Shown here: positions 27,401 to 41,141 of the stretch, one piece after another
Position numbering within the stretch: the stretch's first letter is position 1
Layout: each line of letters opens with the position of its first letter
NCBI GenBank assembly: GCA_964016885.1
Contig: OZ024742.1
Location: 258,416,001 to 258,480,000 of the forward strand
DNA length: 64,000 nt
Source: Eledone cirrhosa
Lineage: Eukaryota
Direction: 5' to 3'
Notes under the pieces: generated by a model
Databases searched by the model: none
What the model was told of the DNA's origin: nothing
The model's input: the letters and a program-made list of their open reading frames with translations, nothing else
Made by a program: the position numbers and the translations under genes

Positions 27401-28930
27401 AGTAGCAAAGATAAACCAGGAAAAGTCGGTGGGCTTGCAGCTCGGCACCTGGAGAGCAAAGTCCATGCCGTCCGACAGCGTTGTGGGGCGTTGGGCGGAC
27501 GGACCAGTTAAATTGCTCGGGGTCTGGTTCGGATCGGACTTCCAGATGGAGTAAAACTGGAGCGAGACGACGAGCAAGGTGGCCTCCCTCACCCAGAAAT
27601 GGGCCGAGAAGGAGCTGGCCCTGAAAGGCGGGCAGAGGTGGCGAATGCGTACATCTCATCCGTTATCTGCTACCGCCTCACCGTCGTCCCTTGTCACGGC
27701 CCAACTCTAACCAAAATGGAGCGCCTCCTCTTCCGCTTTTTGTGGAAGGGACGCGCTCCCATGGTCAGACGATCCATCTACTGTCAACACCCGTTGCCAG
27801 GACTAGGAATGCCATGGCTGATGAAGCGCAAACATGCGCTGAGGCTGCGACATCTCTGGTGCTTCCTTGGCGGTGAACAGGTGTGGTCGCCGTTCGCCAG
27901 GCACGTTTTCCACAGCTGGTCTCCTTGACGGAGCTGCAGTCCTGGGTCAGGAGAAGACTGAGGGATAGCTCTTGGAAACTGGAATGTCTCCTGACGCTCA
28001 CTGCCCTCAGCCAGCTGGGCACCAGTATCGGTGGAACATCCACCTCGGCGTTCTATAGAGGAGTAGTGGATGGGAAGAGCGACGACATTCTGGGAGAGAT
28101 CGTGGGCTTCGAAGAAAATCAGCTGTTTGCTTTCTTCCGGAGAATTTCAGCCCAGGGCCTATGGATAACTTCCAAAATCCCTGACATGGTAGTGCTACCG
28201 GGGAGCATTGCCGGTTCGAGATAAGCTCTACAGGCATGGAAGTGGGGTCAGCCTGGCCTGTCCGAGATGCGCGCAGATCGACGAAACCGTCCTGCACGCA
28301 CTCGTTCAGTGCCCGAGCATTGCTCACTTGTGGAGCTATGTCGAACAGTTGCTGTCGCGTGTAGGACTGATCTGGTTATCGACTGAGTCCATTGTGCAGA
28401 TGGTCGCGCCGTCTTCCTTCGAGGAGGAAGGGCAGGTGGTTTTCATCTCCCTGGTGGCCATGGTTGAAAGGGTTAAAGACAGATACTTTCCTCTTCGGCG
28501 AATCCCTAATCAACTTTTTCAAGTTTCAGTTGAAGAGGAAAATCAGGGTGGAGGGGCAAGTTCTGCCTTCTAGCAAGTTAGTTGAAAGGTGTGTGAATGT
28601 GGCGAGAATGGTCCGAGTGAAGGGAACCGCTCTGAATATACTCCTGTAGTTTGAGAAATGGTGGTCAGGGTGACCCTGGTCTTTTGTGTGGTTTTCGCCA
28701 CGAGTAAGCCTCGGAGGTTTCCCTCCTATTGGGGAATTTTTCATTGGTTCAATTTTCATTTTTATTGTTTATATATATATATGTTTCTGTCTTTTCTTTT
28801 TCTTTTCTTATATAAATAATAAAAATCTTTACACGAACAAAACCCACATCGTACCGTCCTGTACCGTCCTCTGCCGTCTGTAATGTTTTTTTCTTGATGT
28901 CTGCCCTTGTGGCCAATAAAGAAATCATTA
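24415..28930 (+). mobile_element. Tx1-clade LINE, subfamily B copy 1 (ORF1 5'-truncated; ORF2 about 25308-28649 disrupted), with (ATT)n tail
   Basis: Fragmented ORFs carry GDWN, SYLDR, FRPITLLN, AYADD and CPRC...HALVQC. The tail is gcccttgtggccaataaagaaatcatt. Confidence 0.92.
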
Positions 28931-28974
28931 CTATTATTATTATTGTGATTTTTATTATTATTATAATTATTATT

Positions 28975-31900
28975 GGCGACCTACGTGGGAAATCGTATTA
29001 TGGTGAGCTCCGCAAAGGTTTGTTGTTATCAGATGTTTCAAATTGCCATTTATGAAAAATTTTTGTTGTTAAGTATTTATAAGTTCACATATATTGCTTT
29101 TGGAAAAGGACACTAAAAAAGATTGGGGCTTTGATCCCAAAATGTAAACTTTTATAATTATCAAACAAAAAATGTATTTGAAAAAATCATGGATGACTCA
29201 CAGCTACACCAAGCTGACAGCCTTCCTCACAAACTAACACCTCACACTAACACCACTATTGTAAATATTACTACGTTTGCCAACACTAAAAATATAAGCA
29301 GTAGCAATAATTTAAATTTGTCTCATGCAGACATTCATTTCCCGCCATTACCATATAATTGCAGGTGTTAAAGCCGCCACCCGCACCTCCACCACAGAGA
29401 CAACAGAAACAAAAGAAAGAAAGAAAAATAACAATAACAAGAACAGCAACAACAACAATGAGAATAACAACAAAAACATCAACACCACCGCAGATGTGTC
29501 GTTTGCCAAAGCAGCCAAGAAATGCGAAACAATCGAGGTAACTCAGAAGGAACTAAATGAAGCCAAGAGAATGGTAAAGAAAGATGGGTACAGGGTTAGC
29601 TCTCCCTCCCCCCACCCACCCCACCTAATAAAATGGAGCATCGGCGCCTATGCACCATGTCTTATGGGACGATTAACACAAAATCGCGCCGAGTGGATCG
29701 GGCATCCGAGTCTCACATCCAAAAAGCTTTGGGAGATATGTGGGCGGAAAAAAACCACATCAGACGTGGGCAGAAATATGGAACCGTGGACGTGTTCTTT
29801 GGAACACCAAAGGAGGCCAGAGAGCACTCCATGGCCCCATTAAGAATCGACGACTTCACACTCTTCCCAAGCTATTGTGGCCAGAGACTCGTGAAGATCA
29901 GGGTGACCCACGTTCCACCTGCCATCGAAATTCCCTGGCTAATGGCTGCCGTCCTCGCCTGCATCGAGGCCAACACCAAAATAATTGAAATATCAAAAGA
30001 AAAGAGGGAGAACTGGTCCGGATCTGGGATGGATCTCCTGATCCAAGCGGACCAAAAAAGCATTGAGGAAATCCCTGACAGCAGCCACCTCACCGTAATC
30101 GCCGAGGGTAGATGGCCTAGGTTTGTCGTATGTGGTGAAGAAACCCACCTAAAGGCTTCCTGCCCTCAGGCAAAAAAGTTGAGGCCACCTCTCTTACCCA
30201 CCCCGGTGACTCAACCATCAACACCAACAGCAGCAGAAATGGCAGCAACAACTGTAGCAGCAACAACAGAAGCAACTGTAGCAGTAACAACCCCAGCAAC
30301 AGTAGCAAAACCAACACCACCACCACCCACCGCGCTGGATAGCACTAGCGCCTCCACCATCCACCACGCCACAACCAAATCCAACACCTGTGGAGTATTT
30401 TCCATTCCCCGACCTATCGAAACTGGCGACAGATTGTGACGACGAGGAGTGGGAAACTGTATCAGGAAAAAAAAAAAAAGATAAAGAAGCCCAAAAAGAA
30501 AAAAAACCCCTTCCTTCCACCACCAAAAAAAAATACAGAGGGAAACGAATAAACTATCAAACAAAATAGTTAGGATAGCTATGCCACCATCCACACCAGC
30601 ATCACCAACCCCATCACCACAAACACCAACACCATCACCATCATTAACCCCAACGCCACCATCACCAACACCACAAAAGTCACCAAAAAGCGTAACATAA
30701 ACAAACCCACAACAAACGCAAACAAAACAAAACAACCAAAACGATACACACTACACAGCATTAAATTTGAACAACAACCAATTATTACACTACATGCAAC
30801 ACAACACCAGCCCCACAGAAAAAGACTACACAACAACCCAAAACTTCACACCACTTCCACACATACAAATCACTCGCATCACACAGAAAACGTACACGAC
30901 ACTAAAACAAAAATTCCCCAAAGACATCGGAGACTTTCGACAAGCACTCTATAGGAGGATTTATAAGGACATCTTTCCGGAGGAGGCCACAAGCAGTGAA
31001 AAGGATGGAGAAACCATCCTTCCTCTACGAGAAGTAAGTTAAGGGGTCTTTCCCATCTTTTCCACTCTTTTTCAAGATGACCTCACTCAGAATAGGCAGC
31101 ATAAATTCGCGTGGCTTGGGGTCGTCATGGAAGCAGGGCCACCTGCTCAACGACCTCACTTCACTAAACATAGATGTAGTGGCCATCAACGAGACCAGAA
31201 TCTCCGAAGCACGGGCCTACGCACCGACCTTCGGCGGCTACGATATGTACGCATCTCTCAGCCCTCCTGGATCGGGTGGAGGTGTTGCTGTGCTTTTTCG
31301 GAGAGGTTTGGATCCCGCCATAGGGGTCATCTTCCTGGACCCAGAAGGTAAGTTGGTGGTGCTGGACGTGACCAGCGGATACGGGCAAGCTTTCAGGCTA
31401 GTGGCCGTCTATGCCTCGACAGGAGCAGGGCGGCCTGATTTGTTGCGGCGTCTAGAGACCTTTCTTGGAACGTACCGCTCTTTAGTGTTAGTGGGCGACT
31501 GGAACGGGATCTTAGATGCACGCTGGGACTATGTTGGATTAGCGGATAGGAGAGGAGGGTGCAAGAGCCTCATCAACCTGCTCAGGCGTTTTGAACTGTC
31601 TGACAGGTACCGATTGGATTTCCCGAATGTGCCAATGTGGACTTGGACAAATCGCATAGTGTCATCCAGATCATATCTAGATAGTGTATTTTGTAGGGAA
31701 ATACATAGGTCTAGCATAGGCTGTCCACAATTCAAGATAGTCAGCTATACGGACCACAAATTCGTGATTTGTGTGGTTGATTTAGATAGGCTTCATAGAC
31801 AAGTCCCGGCTAGTGGAAGCTAAACGCGTCCTTACCAGCGCGCAAGGCCTACATAGACCGGATTAGTGAACTAGTTAAGCGAGTGTTGACGGGGGCCATC

Positions 31901-34720
31901 GTCAACAACAAGTGGTTGTTTGCTCTGAAAAGAGCAAATAGAATAGAGCCCATTAGGTTTAGTAAGGCTTTAGCTATAGAGAAAAATAGAGCAGAGGGAG
32001 AACTAGTTAGAAAATTAGCAAAGGCATCGCGACCGACGTACTTGCGGCGAAATTGGCACTTGACCAACTCTTCGATGCAAAGCACGAAGGTTGCGTTGTC
32101 AGAGCTAGGGTGCGTGCTCTCAGACACGAGCGGACGAAAGCCGTTCAATGGGCCCGAGTGGCGGAGGCGCGTCGTGGCAACAAAAGCACGATCCGGTCTT
32201 TGGTGGTCCACGACGGGCGCATGCTACTCGATTTCGGGCAAATGTGTGAAGCTTTTCAGCGACACTTCGCTCAGCTGTTCGGTGGCAGCGGCGGGCCGGA
32301 TCGAGGGATGGACTTTAGTGTCTACCTCGACGGACTGCCGCGGCTCTCGGCCACTGAGGCGGAGTGTTGCGAAAAGCCGATAACAGCCGCTGAAGTATGG
32401 TAGGTAATGACTGGCTGCACAAGGGGTAAATCGCCTGTTTTGGATGGTCTGCCCTATGAACCTTACGTACAGTTGCCAGACTTGTTCGAAGGCTCTTGGC
32501 CGACGTCTACTACAACTGGCAACATAACGGGATAATTCCCAGCTCTGTGAGCCGAGGAGCGGTGGCGCTGCTGAGAAAGGTTCCGACAAGGGGGATAACA
32601 TAGATAATTTCAGGCCCATAACTCTGCTAAACACAGAGTTCAAATTTTGGACAAGGTGCTAGCAAAGAGGTTGGCGCTTTTCATTGGTGGTCGGGTGGGA
32701 GAGGCGCAGACATGCGTCATTCCCGACAGATCCATCCACGACAACCTCCACCTCATGCGATATATCGTGGAGAGGGTAACTAGGGAACCTAGTACGAGTG
32801 GGTCCTTGATCAATTTAGATCAGCCGAAAGCTTTCGATAGGGTCGACCATCGTTACCTAGCGGCAGTTCTGAGGGCGGCTGGCTTTGGGCCCTTTTACAG
32901 AGGCTGGATCGCTGCCATGCACAGCGACATCTGCTCTGTGTTGAGAGTGAACGGTTACCTTTCGGAACCGTTCAACATCATGCGCTCGGTCCGCCAAGGA
33001 TATCCCCTCTCGTCACTCTTGTACGTATTGACTCTCCAGTCATTACTGGACAAACTGGAGACGTTCAGGGGGGGGGGGGATACCGCGCGAACTAGGATGC
33101 GAGAGATCCGTGTCAGCATATGCGGACGATGTCACCGTACTGGTGTCGAACGCCAAACACATCGAGGCGATCGGCACTACACTAAGAGAATACGAAGCGG
33201 TGACAGGAGCAATGATCAACCAGGTAAAGTCAGTGGGGCTGCAGCTCGGCACCTGGTGAGGCAGGTCCATGCCGTCCAACAGCGTCTTCGGGCGCTGGAC
33301 TGACCGGATAAATTGCTCGGAGTGTGGTTCCGTCCGGACCTCCAGACGGACAAAATCTGGGACGAGGTGACGATCAGGGTGGCTTCTCTCACCCAGAAAT
33401 GAGCGGGGAGGAAGCTATCCCTGAAAGATCGAGCGGAGGTGGCTAACGCTTACATCGCGTCCGTCATCTACTACCGCCTGACCGTCGTACCTTGTCCTAA
33501 GCCCCGCCTGACAGCGCTGGAGCGTTTGCTCTTTCGCTATTTGTGGAAGGGACGCACTCTGAAGGTCAGGCGGTCCATCTGTTGTCAACACCTGCTACGT
33601 GGAGGGCTGGGAATGCCGTGGCTGATGATGCGCAAACACGCGCCCAGGCTACGACATCTCCACCTCTTCCTCGACGGTGATCATGTGTGGTCGCCGTTTG
33701 CTAGACGCGTCTTTCCCCAGCTCGTCTCCTTGATGGAGCTGCAGTCCTGGGTCAAGCGAAAACCGAGAGGGAGCGCTTGGAGACTTGAATGTGTTCAGGC
33801 GCTCACAGCCCACGACCAATCGGGCAATGTGATCGGTGAAAACTCCACCTTGGCGTTCTATAGAAGATTAGTGGAGGGGAAGAGCGACGACGTACTTTGG
33901 GAAATTCTAGGCGTCGAATAAAATCAACTAGCCAATCTCTTCGAAAGAACTTTCGGACCGGGGTCTATGGACAACTTCCAGAAATCCCTGGCCTGGCAGT
34001 GCTACCGAGGAGCTTTGCCAGTTCGGGATAAACTCTACAGGCATGGAGGTGCCGTCAACCGGGCATGTCCGAGATGCGCACAGGGCGACGAAACCATCCT
34101 TCCAGCACTTGTCCAGTGTCCGAGCATTGCTGACTTGTGGATTTATGTCGAACACCTGCTGTCGCGTGTAGGACAGATCCAGCTATCAGCTGAGTTCATC
34201 GTGAGGATTGCCCCGCCCTCTCCCTTTAGCTGGGAAGGGCAGGCAATTTTTATCTGTCTGGTGGCCATGGCGAAAGAGATAGTATGGTGGATACGTTTGA
34301 AAGGGCTGAAGACGAGCACTTACCTCTTCGGTGATGCCCTGATTAACTTTTTCAAATTTCATTTGAAAAGGAAAATCAGGGTAGAGAGGGAAGTGCTCTC
34401 TTCTCAGCATTTTGTTGAAAGATGGGTGAGAGAGGCAAGAATGGCCCGTGTGAATGGGCCTACTCTGAGTATGTGTCTGTAAATTAAAGGTGGAAAACTG
34501 GGAGAGGGCACTTGCGCTGGTGGTCAGGGTCACTATGGCTTTTTAATGGGCTTTCTCCACGAATGTCCCTCGGAAGTCTCCCCCCTATTGGGGAATTTTT
34601 CATTGTTATTCTTTTGTTACATCTTCTGTTTTTGTTTTTTACGCGCAGAAATGCCCATTTTACCGTCCAGTGTTGTCCTGTACTTTATGTAAACCCTTGT
34701 GGTTAATAAAGAAAGCATTA
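28975..34720 (+). mobile_element. Tx1-clade LINE, subfamily A copy 2, full length but disrupted (ORF1 about 29325-31042, ORF2 31077-34482)
   Basis: Colinear inverted homolog of 17407-22700, with (ATT)n on both sides. Confidence 0.93.
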
Positions 34721-34740
34721 TTATTATTATTTTTTTTTTT

Positions 34741-34946
34741 TTTTCATTGTTTCAATTTTCATTTTTATTGTTTATATATATATATATATATATGTTTCTA
34801 TGTCTTTTTCTTTTTCTTTTTCTTTTCTTATATAAATAATAAAAATCTTTACACGAACAAAATCCCCATCGTACCGTGCTGTACCGTCCTCTGCCGTCTG
34901 TAATGTTTTTTTCTTGATGTCAGCCCTTGTGGCCAAAAAGAAATCA
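34741..34946 (+). mobile_element. Tx1 subfamily B 3'-UTR stub
   Basis: Near-identical to about 28738-28927 and followed by (ATT)n. Confidence 0.9.
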
Positions 34947-34974
34947 TTATTATTATTATTATTGTTATTTTTAT

Positions 34975-35313
34975 TTTCTTCCTGACACCTAGGGCAAATA
35001 AATTCACTGTGCATTGGTATGCCAGTTAATACACCATATTGATTATAATTTAAAAAAAACAAAAAAAAACAGTATACATATATACCCATGTCCATATGCA
35101 TATGTAAATACAAGAAGGGATATCAATCTTACAGAGATAGTGCTCTTCTCAATACGTGTGCACGACCAGTCAAAACAATTTTTTGCACCTCGTGGACCAG
35201 GAATCATTCGCAAATATTGTTCTGTTCCTTTCTTGTTCATTTCCAGTCCTCCCACAATCACTGGTATTGTAACGGCCTCGAGGTGCCACATTTTCTCAAT
35301 TTCAATAAGCAGA
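34975..35313 (-). mobile_element. R4/Dong-like 3' fragment (third family)
   Basis: DLLIEIEKMWHLEAVTIPVIVGGLEM on the minus strand, with its 3' end running into ATT repeats on +. Confidence 0.78.
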
Positions 35314-35324
35314 TCATTATTATA

Positions 35325-37462
35325 ATGAGGAGGACGGGGATTAATCCAGATAGATATTGCTTTGAAAACTTCAACAATTGGATTATCTACATATCTAAGG
35401 GAGGCACATGATTGGCTGATCAAAACATCATACTCCATTATAAAAGATGCACAAAGATACAGTAATGAGCTACACATTTCAGAAGTTTTCTTTACTGCTG
35501 AAATGAAAAACAGAAAAAGCAAAGCCGGAAACAGTAACTGCAAATAAAGAACTGCTACAGAAACTGGATGACCTGAAACTATTTGCAAATAATTGTTTCT
35601 ACTTTTGGCACAAGGCGAGCAATTATCCCAGTGTATTACTGCTATTTATTTTATCGACCCCGTAAGGATGAAAGGCAAAGTTAACCTCGGCGGGATTTGA
35701 ACTCGGACCATAAAGGGCCTTAACTCTTTGCTGAAAAGCATGGCGTCCGACCCTCTACCGATAGTGCCAATCCACCACCCTTTGCAAATAATTGTTTCTA
35801 CTTTTGGCACAATGCCAGCAATTACTCAGTGCATTACTGGTACTTTGCAAACAATGTTGAGACATTGCAAGGGCTATTATCCACTGTGAAGCAGTTCAAT
35901 GATGACATTAAAATGGAGTTTGGACAACATAAATGCGTCAAAGCCACGTTCACCAGAGGAAAGTCGCTGAAAAGTTCAGACATTAATCTTGATCGGGGGA
36001 ATGTAATGAGAGAACTTGATCAAGAGGAAATTTACAAATATCTAGGTGTTTGTGAAGGAGACGGAATCAAGCACTCGACAATGAGAGAAAGGATAAGGAA
36101 GAAATGTTACCGCAGAGTAAGAGCAATCTTAAGAACGGAATTGAAGGCAAGGAACAGGATCAATGCCATAAACACGCTTGCCATACCAGTAGTAACCTAC
36201 AGTTACAATGTCATCAACTGGTCAAGCACAGAGATCCGTAGGCTCGATACAAAAATTAGAAAATTCTTATCCATGCACAGAATGTATCACAGTAAGCCAG
36301 ATACAGATAGAATATATCTCCCGAGGAAAGAAGGAGGACGTGGGTTAATCCAGTTAGATATTGCGTTGAAAACTGCAACAATTGGATTATCTACATATCT
36401 AAGGGAATCACATAATTGGATGATCAAGCTCGTTTTGAAACACGAAAGCATCAAAAGATCATACTCCATTACAAAAGATGCACAAAGATACAGTAATGAA
36501 CTATACATTTCAGAAGTTCCATTTACTGCTGAAAGGAAAAACACAGAAAAAGCAAAGCAGGTAAAGTAACTGCAAAGAAAGAACTGCTACAGAAACTGGC
36601 TAAGAAATGGCAAGAAAAGCCTCTGTATGGAAAATACACAGAAAGAGCTAACAATCCTGATGTTGACAACATTTTAACCCATCAGTGGTTGGCATCCTCT
36701 GGACTGAAATCGGAGACTGAAGGACTCATTATATCAGCACAAGATCAGAGTCTGCCAACAAAAAATTACCAAGCCAACATAATAAAAAATGGATGCAACC
36801 CATTATGCCATGTATGTAAAAAAACAACCAGAGACCATTGATCATATAATTTCAATGTGCAGTCCTATAGCTCCAACCGAATACCTAAACAGGCACGACA
36901 GAGCTGCACAATACATACATTGGATAATGTGTAAGCATTTTGACCTTCCCCATCAAAAGAATTGGTGGATCTTTAGCATCCAAACAGACCGAAAAATAGA
37001 TGCAAATAGACCTGATATAACACAGAAGGACTTTAAAAAGAGGGTATGCCTGCTAATTGATATGTCCGTTCCAATAGACAAGAATGAATCTATAAAAACA
37101 TTTGAAAAATTGAGCAACTATAAGGACCTGGAGATAGAAATTGGAAAAATGTGGAAATTGAGAATTAAAACAATACCAGTGGTTGTAGGTGCTCTAGGAA
37201 TGATACTTATCGCAAATCCCAGGAAACCCGTGTATAGGAGAAATACAAAAGCTAGTACTAATGGGAACTGCCCATATACTAAGGAAAATTCTGTCAATTT
37301 AAGTACATCACACGTCTAAACAGCTAAAGATGCATGGGTGTGCCTGTATGTTTTTTGTTGAACATGGCGGACCTTGTTGTCTCTTGAGGTCACTGGTTGT
37401 GACTTGGTGAGAACTCGTATGAACATAAAGCAAGATAAATGCCATTGCAATAATAATAATAA
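35325..37462 (+). mobile_element. R4/Dong-like LINE (same family as 22862-24410), rearranged and interrupted by SINEs just after the RT DD motif
   Basis: DDLKLFA at about 35569-35589 resumes as FANNVETLQ...MEFG at 35844, followed by YKYLG, GGRGL, RHD, RPDI and an AAT tail. Confidence 0.9.
35590..35843 (-). mobile_element. Two tandem tRNA-derived SINE insertions (full 35590-35780; stub 35789-35843)
   Basis: A box TGGCACTATCGG, B box GTTCAAATCC and the body gcctttcatccttacggggtcgataaaat. tttgcaaa repeats at 35582, 35781 and 35844. Confidence 0.88.
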
Positions 37463-37464
37463 TA

Positions 37465-40400
37465 CATTATTTATTGTCCGCAAGGGCCGAATATAGAGAA
37501 CAACACAAAGACAGGAGACAGTGGGAGTTTACATATATTCGAGTAAAACTATAAACAAAAATAATTTCAAAATAATATCAATAACAGAATTCCACAATAT
37601 GGGGTGCAGGCTACCCAGGGGTAACGTTAGGAAACCCACATATCCCAACCATCCCTCATGTCCAAAGCGCCCTCGAAGGGTGCCTCTCGATTCTACGATC
37701 CTTCCATTATTCAGGCACATGTTCAGAGTTAGCCATTTCACAACCATCATCCACCTTTTTTTAAATATTCGGAGGTGGGGGTGGGGGGTGTCAGCATTTC
37801 TCTCTCCACCCTTATCTACCTTTCCAAGTGGTACTTGAAAAAGAAGAGGGCTTGTTCAAAGAGGAAAGTGCCTCTGTTCAGGCATTTCAGTCGCGTCCAA
37901 CACACATCATTCCCTACAGCTATCAAACAGAGGAAAACTGCCTGCTCCTCCCGGCCAAAAGAAGGTGACGGGATGGGTTCAATATGGACTCGGTCGACAG
38001 CAGGATCGGTCCCACACATGATAACTGCATTTCGAAAAATACTCCATTACTCAGCAATACACTGGTTATGGGTGAGTGCGTTTAAAACGGTTTGGTCGCT
38101 CTGCGCACATCGCGGTTATATCCGTCTGACAGCAATACCTTGCTTATAGAGACTATCTCGGACCGGCAGGGCTCCCCGGTCGCACTGCCACATGAGGTAT
38201 TTCTGGGAATTGTCCATAATCCCTCCACGTCTAGAGTGCTGGCAGCAGATGGAACGCCTCACCAACGGAAACTGTTCCATCTACAAGATTTTGAAAAGGA
38301 GCCGCTCCAAGTAGTCGAGGCGCGAGCGGGAGCAAGGGGCGACTGTCAGGCGGTAGTAGATGACGGACTGCATGTACGCGTTCACCACTTCCGCCTGACC
38401 TTTCAGGGAAAGATTCCTCTCGGCCTATTTCTGGGTGAGACAAGCTACACTGATCATCACCTCGACCCAGTTCTTATCCACTTGGAGGTCTCATCCGAAC
38501 CAAACACTGAGCAACTATACGGGTCCGTCCATCAAGCGACCAACAACGCTGTTGGACGGTATACACTTGCCCCTCCAGGTGGTGAGCTGCAAGACCACCG
38601 TCTTTTCCGGGTTTAATTTCTGTCCTGTCAACTTTTCATACTCCTCCAATAAGGTGCCGACAACCGCGAATTCCGACGTGTTCAACACCCTCTCGGTGAT
38701 ATTGTTTTCATATGCCGACACAACCCTTCCGCGTCCCGGTCCGAGCAGGATTCCCTGCAACAGCACCAGATTCTGGAGTAAAGGCTCATGAGTCAAGATA
38801 TACAGAAGAGCGGAGAGAGGGCACCCTTGACGGACCGATAGGGAGATCTGAAATGCTTCCGAAAGGTGGCAATTAACTTTGACCACCGAGGAGATGCCAC
38901 TGTGCATTGCAACGATCCAGCATCTGAAGACGGAACTGAAGTCAGCTGCCTTGAGTACAGCCTTTAGTTTTTAATGATCGACCCTATCGAAAGCTTTTGA
39001 GAGCTTAATTAATTTGCTAATCCAGTAACTGTAGAATTTACGCGTCGAGAACGACGCGTTAAGCTTCCAGTAACCGGCCCCTGTCTACGTGTTCGATCTA
39101 GGTCGACTATGCTGATCAGGAACTTGTGGTATGAACAGATGACCCTATGTAATTGTGGACACCCTATACTATCTTTATATACTAATCTTATTAGAAACCT
39201 ATCTACGTATCAAAGTACGATCTAGATGTCCCTAAACGGTTTGTCCAGGTCCACATTGGCGCATTAGGGAAAGCTAGTCGGTATATGTCATACAGTTAAA
39301 CCTGGCCGGTGAGGTTTTGAGACTTTTGCACCCCAAAACCCATATCGGCTTCTTCCACACAGTCCCACCATTCGTCCATGATGTCATTCCAGTCCCCTGC
39401 TAACTCTAATGGTCGAGACGTTCCCAGAAAGACTTCCTGACGCCTAGAGAAATCTGGCCATCGTGCCCCGGTCGGGGCGTAGAGAGCCACCAGTTTAAAA
39501 TACGACAATCACTATTGTTCACATCTAGAACAGCGTCCGGGTCCAGGAAGATCGTCCGTACCTTGAGACCCAGTCCTTTCCTAAACAGCACTGCTACACG
39601 GCGTCGATGTTCTAACTAACACGAAGTTAGGTGTTGTTGTGGTTGCGAGTTGTTGCTGCGTGTGTTTTCTTTTAGTTGTTTGTTTTAGTGGTTTTGTTGT
39701 TGCTGGAGGTGGTGTTTGTGTTGATGGTTGTGTTGTTGCAGGGGTGGGTGTTGTAGTATGTGTGACTGTGTTGGGTGAGAGTGTCTTCTCTGTTTATTGT
39801 TGTTTGTGTGGGTGTGTGAGATTTCTTCTTGTGTTTCCTTTTTTTGTTTTTTTAAAAGTTGTTGGTGTTCCTCCTCGTCTTCAGTCAGTGATGAAGAGGT
39901 TGCTGTTTTTGTGAGTAGGACTGTGTGTATTGGTGTGTGTGTTTCAATGTGTGCGTCTGTGTGTTTGACAGGGGGCAGTGGGAGAGCTTCGTTGGATTTG
40001 CCCCTGGGTGGTTTTGGTGGTACTTGCAGTTGTTGTGGGTTGTGGTGGTGCTGTGGCCGGTGGTGTTGTTGGTTTTGCTGGTGCTGTCGCTGGTGCTGCC
40101 TCGGCAGATTTTGGTGTTGGTGCTGTTGTTGGTGGCTGTTGGGGTTGTTGGTGAGGCCCCAGCGTTGACAGCAGTGGAGACTTTTGACCCTTTACATTTA
40201 TAATCTTGCTGGTTTTGCAAGGGGGCATTGCGTGCTTCAAAGCAAATGGGTCTGACTTAAACAGCACCGACTTAGTGTCATATTGTCTACGTATGTATTT
40301 TGTACGGTCTCTGATACACCTCATCGCAGCCTCGACGTCTATGTTAGTCTCAACTTAGATGCAGCTAAAGACCAGAGTTCTCCTCTCCAACGTTTCTATG

Positions 40401-41130
40401 ACCTCTGTCGGAACAGTTAATTTGGCCCAGGTTCGCTCCTATCTAAGGAACTTCCATGCTAAAGCATGGCCTTTTCATGGCTGTTGCGGCAGCGAAAGAG
40501 TTTTTCTCTTTGTTGTCGTTGCTGTTATTGGTGGTGTTGATGGTGTTGTTGGCGTTGCCTTTGCTGTTGGTGTTGTTGACCTTGTTCTTGTTGGTGTTGT
40601 CGCTTTTGCAGTTAGTGTTATTCTTGGTGTTGTTGTTGTATCTTGCCTTGTTTCTTAGTTACTGTTGGGTGGTATTAATTTCGTGGTTGTTTTTGTTGTC
40701 TTTGTTTCTATTGTCTGTGCTTTGGTTGTCACTGTTACAGCTGTTAGTGTTCTCACTGTTACTGTTGTTGCTGTCGTTGTTGATGTTGTTTGTGGTGGTG
40801 TGGTTAAAATATGTTGTTGCATGTTATGTTTGTACTAAATGTCTTTTACTTGTGTTAGCAATGGTGCAAGTTTTTTCTGCCGTATCCCTCCTCTCAGCGT
40901 TTAAGCCGCTGTCACAGGACAGAAGTCTTAAAGTTGGGGCCGTGGCTCAGCCATGTTCATTTTTTCAGAGAATATTGTTTTATTTTTGTTTTGTTTTTTA
41001 AACAACGTTCAAATATTTGGGCCAAGGTCTTATGTGCCCTTCACGACAACAAAAATTATCAAAAATGGTAAATAAATAGACATACGGGAGCGAGCAAAAA
41101 GATGTCAGATCATACCAATAACCAATAACA
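37465..41130 (-). mobile_element. Tx1-clade LINE, divergent subfamily C, with large internal deletions
   Basis: SVRQGCPLSALLY, SAYEN (decayed YADD), LYAP and GDWN; tail gcccttgcggacaataaa; AAT repeats at both ends. Confidence 0.85.
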
Positions 41131-41141
41131 ATAATAATAAT

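Noticed and set aside
28738-34946. 200-bp direct repeats flanking Tx1-A2 as LTRs or a giant TSD
   Set aside because: They are Tx1-B 3' UTRs, each with its own poly(A) signal and ATT tail. There are no TG..CA ends, PBS or integrase.
39639-41001. Val/Leu/Cys-rich, membrane-protein-like ORFs (also at 21413, 30211, 44905 and 46189)
   Set aside because: They are antisense translations of A/C-rich Tx1 ORF1 linkers.
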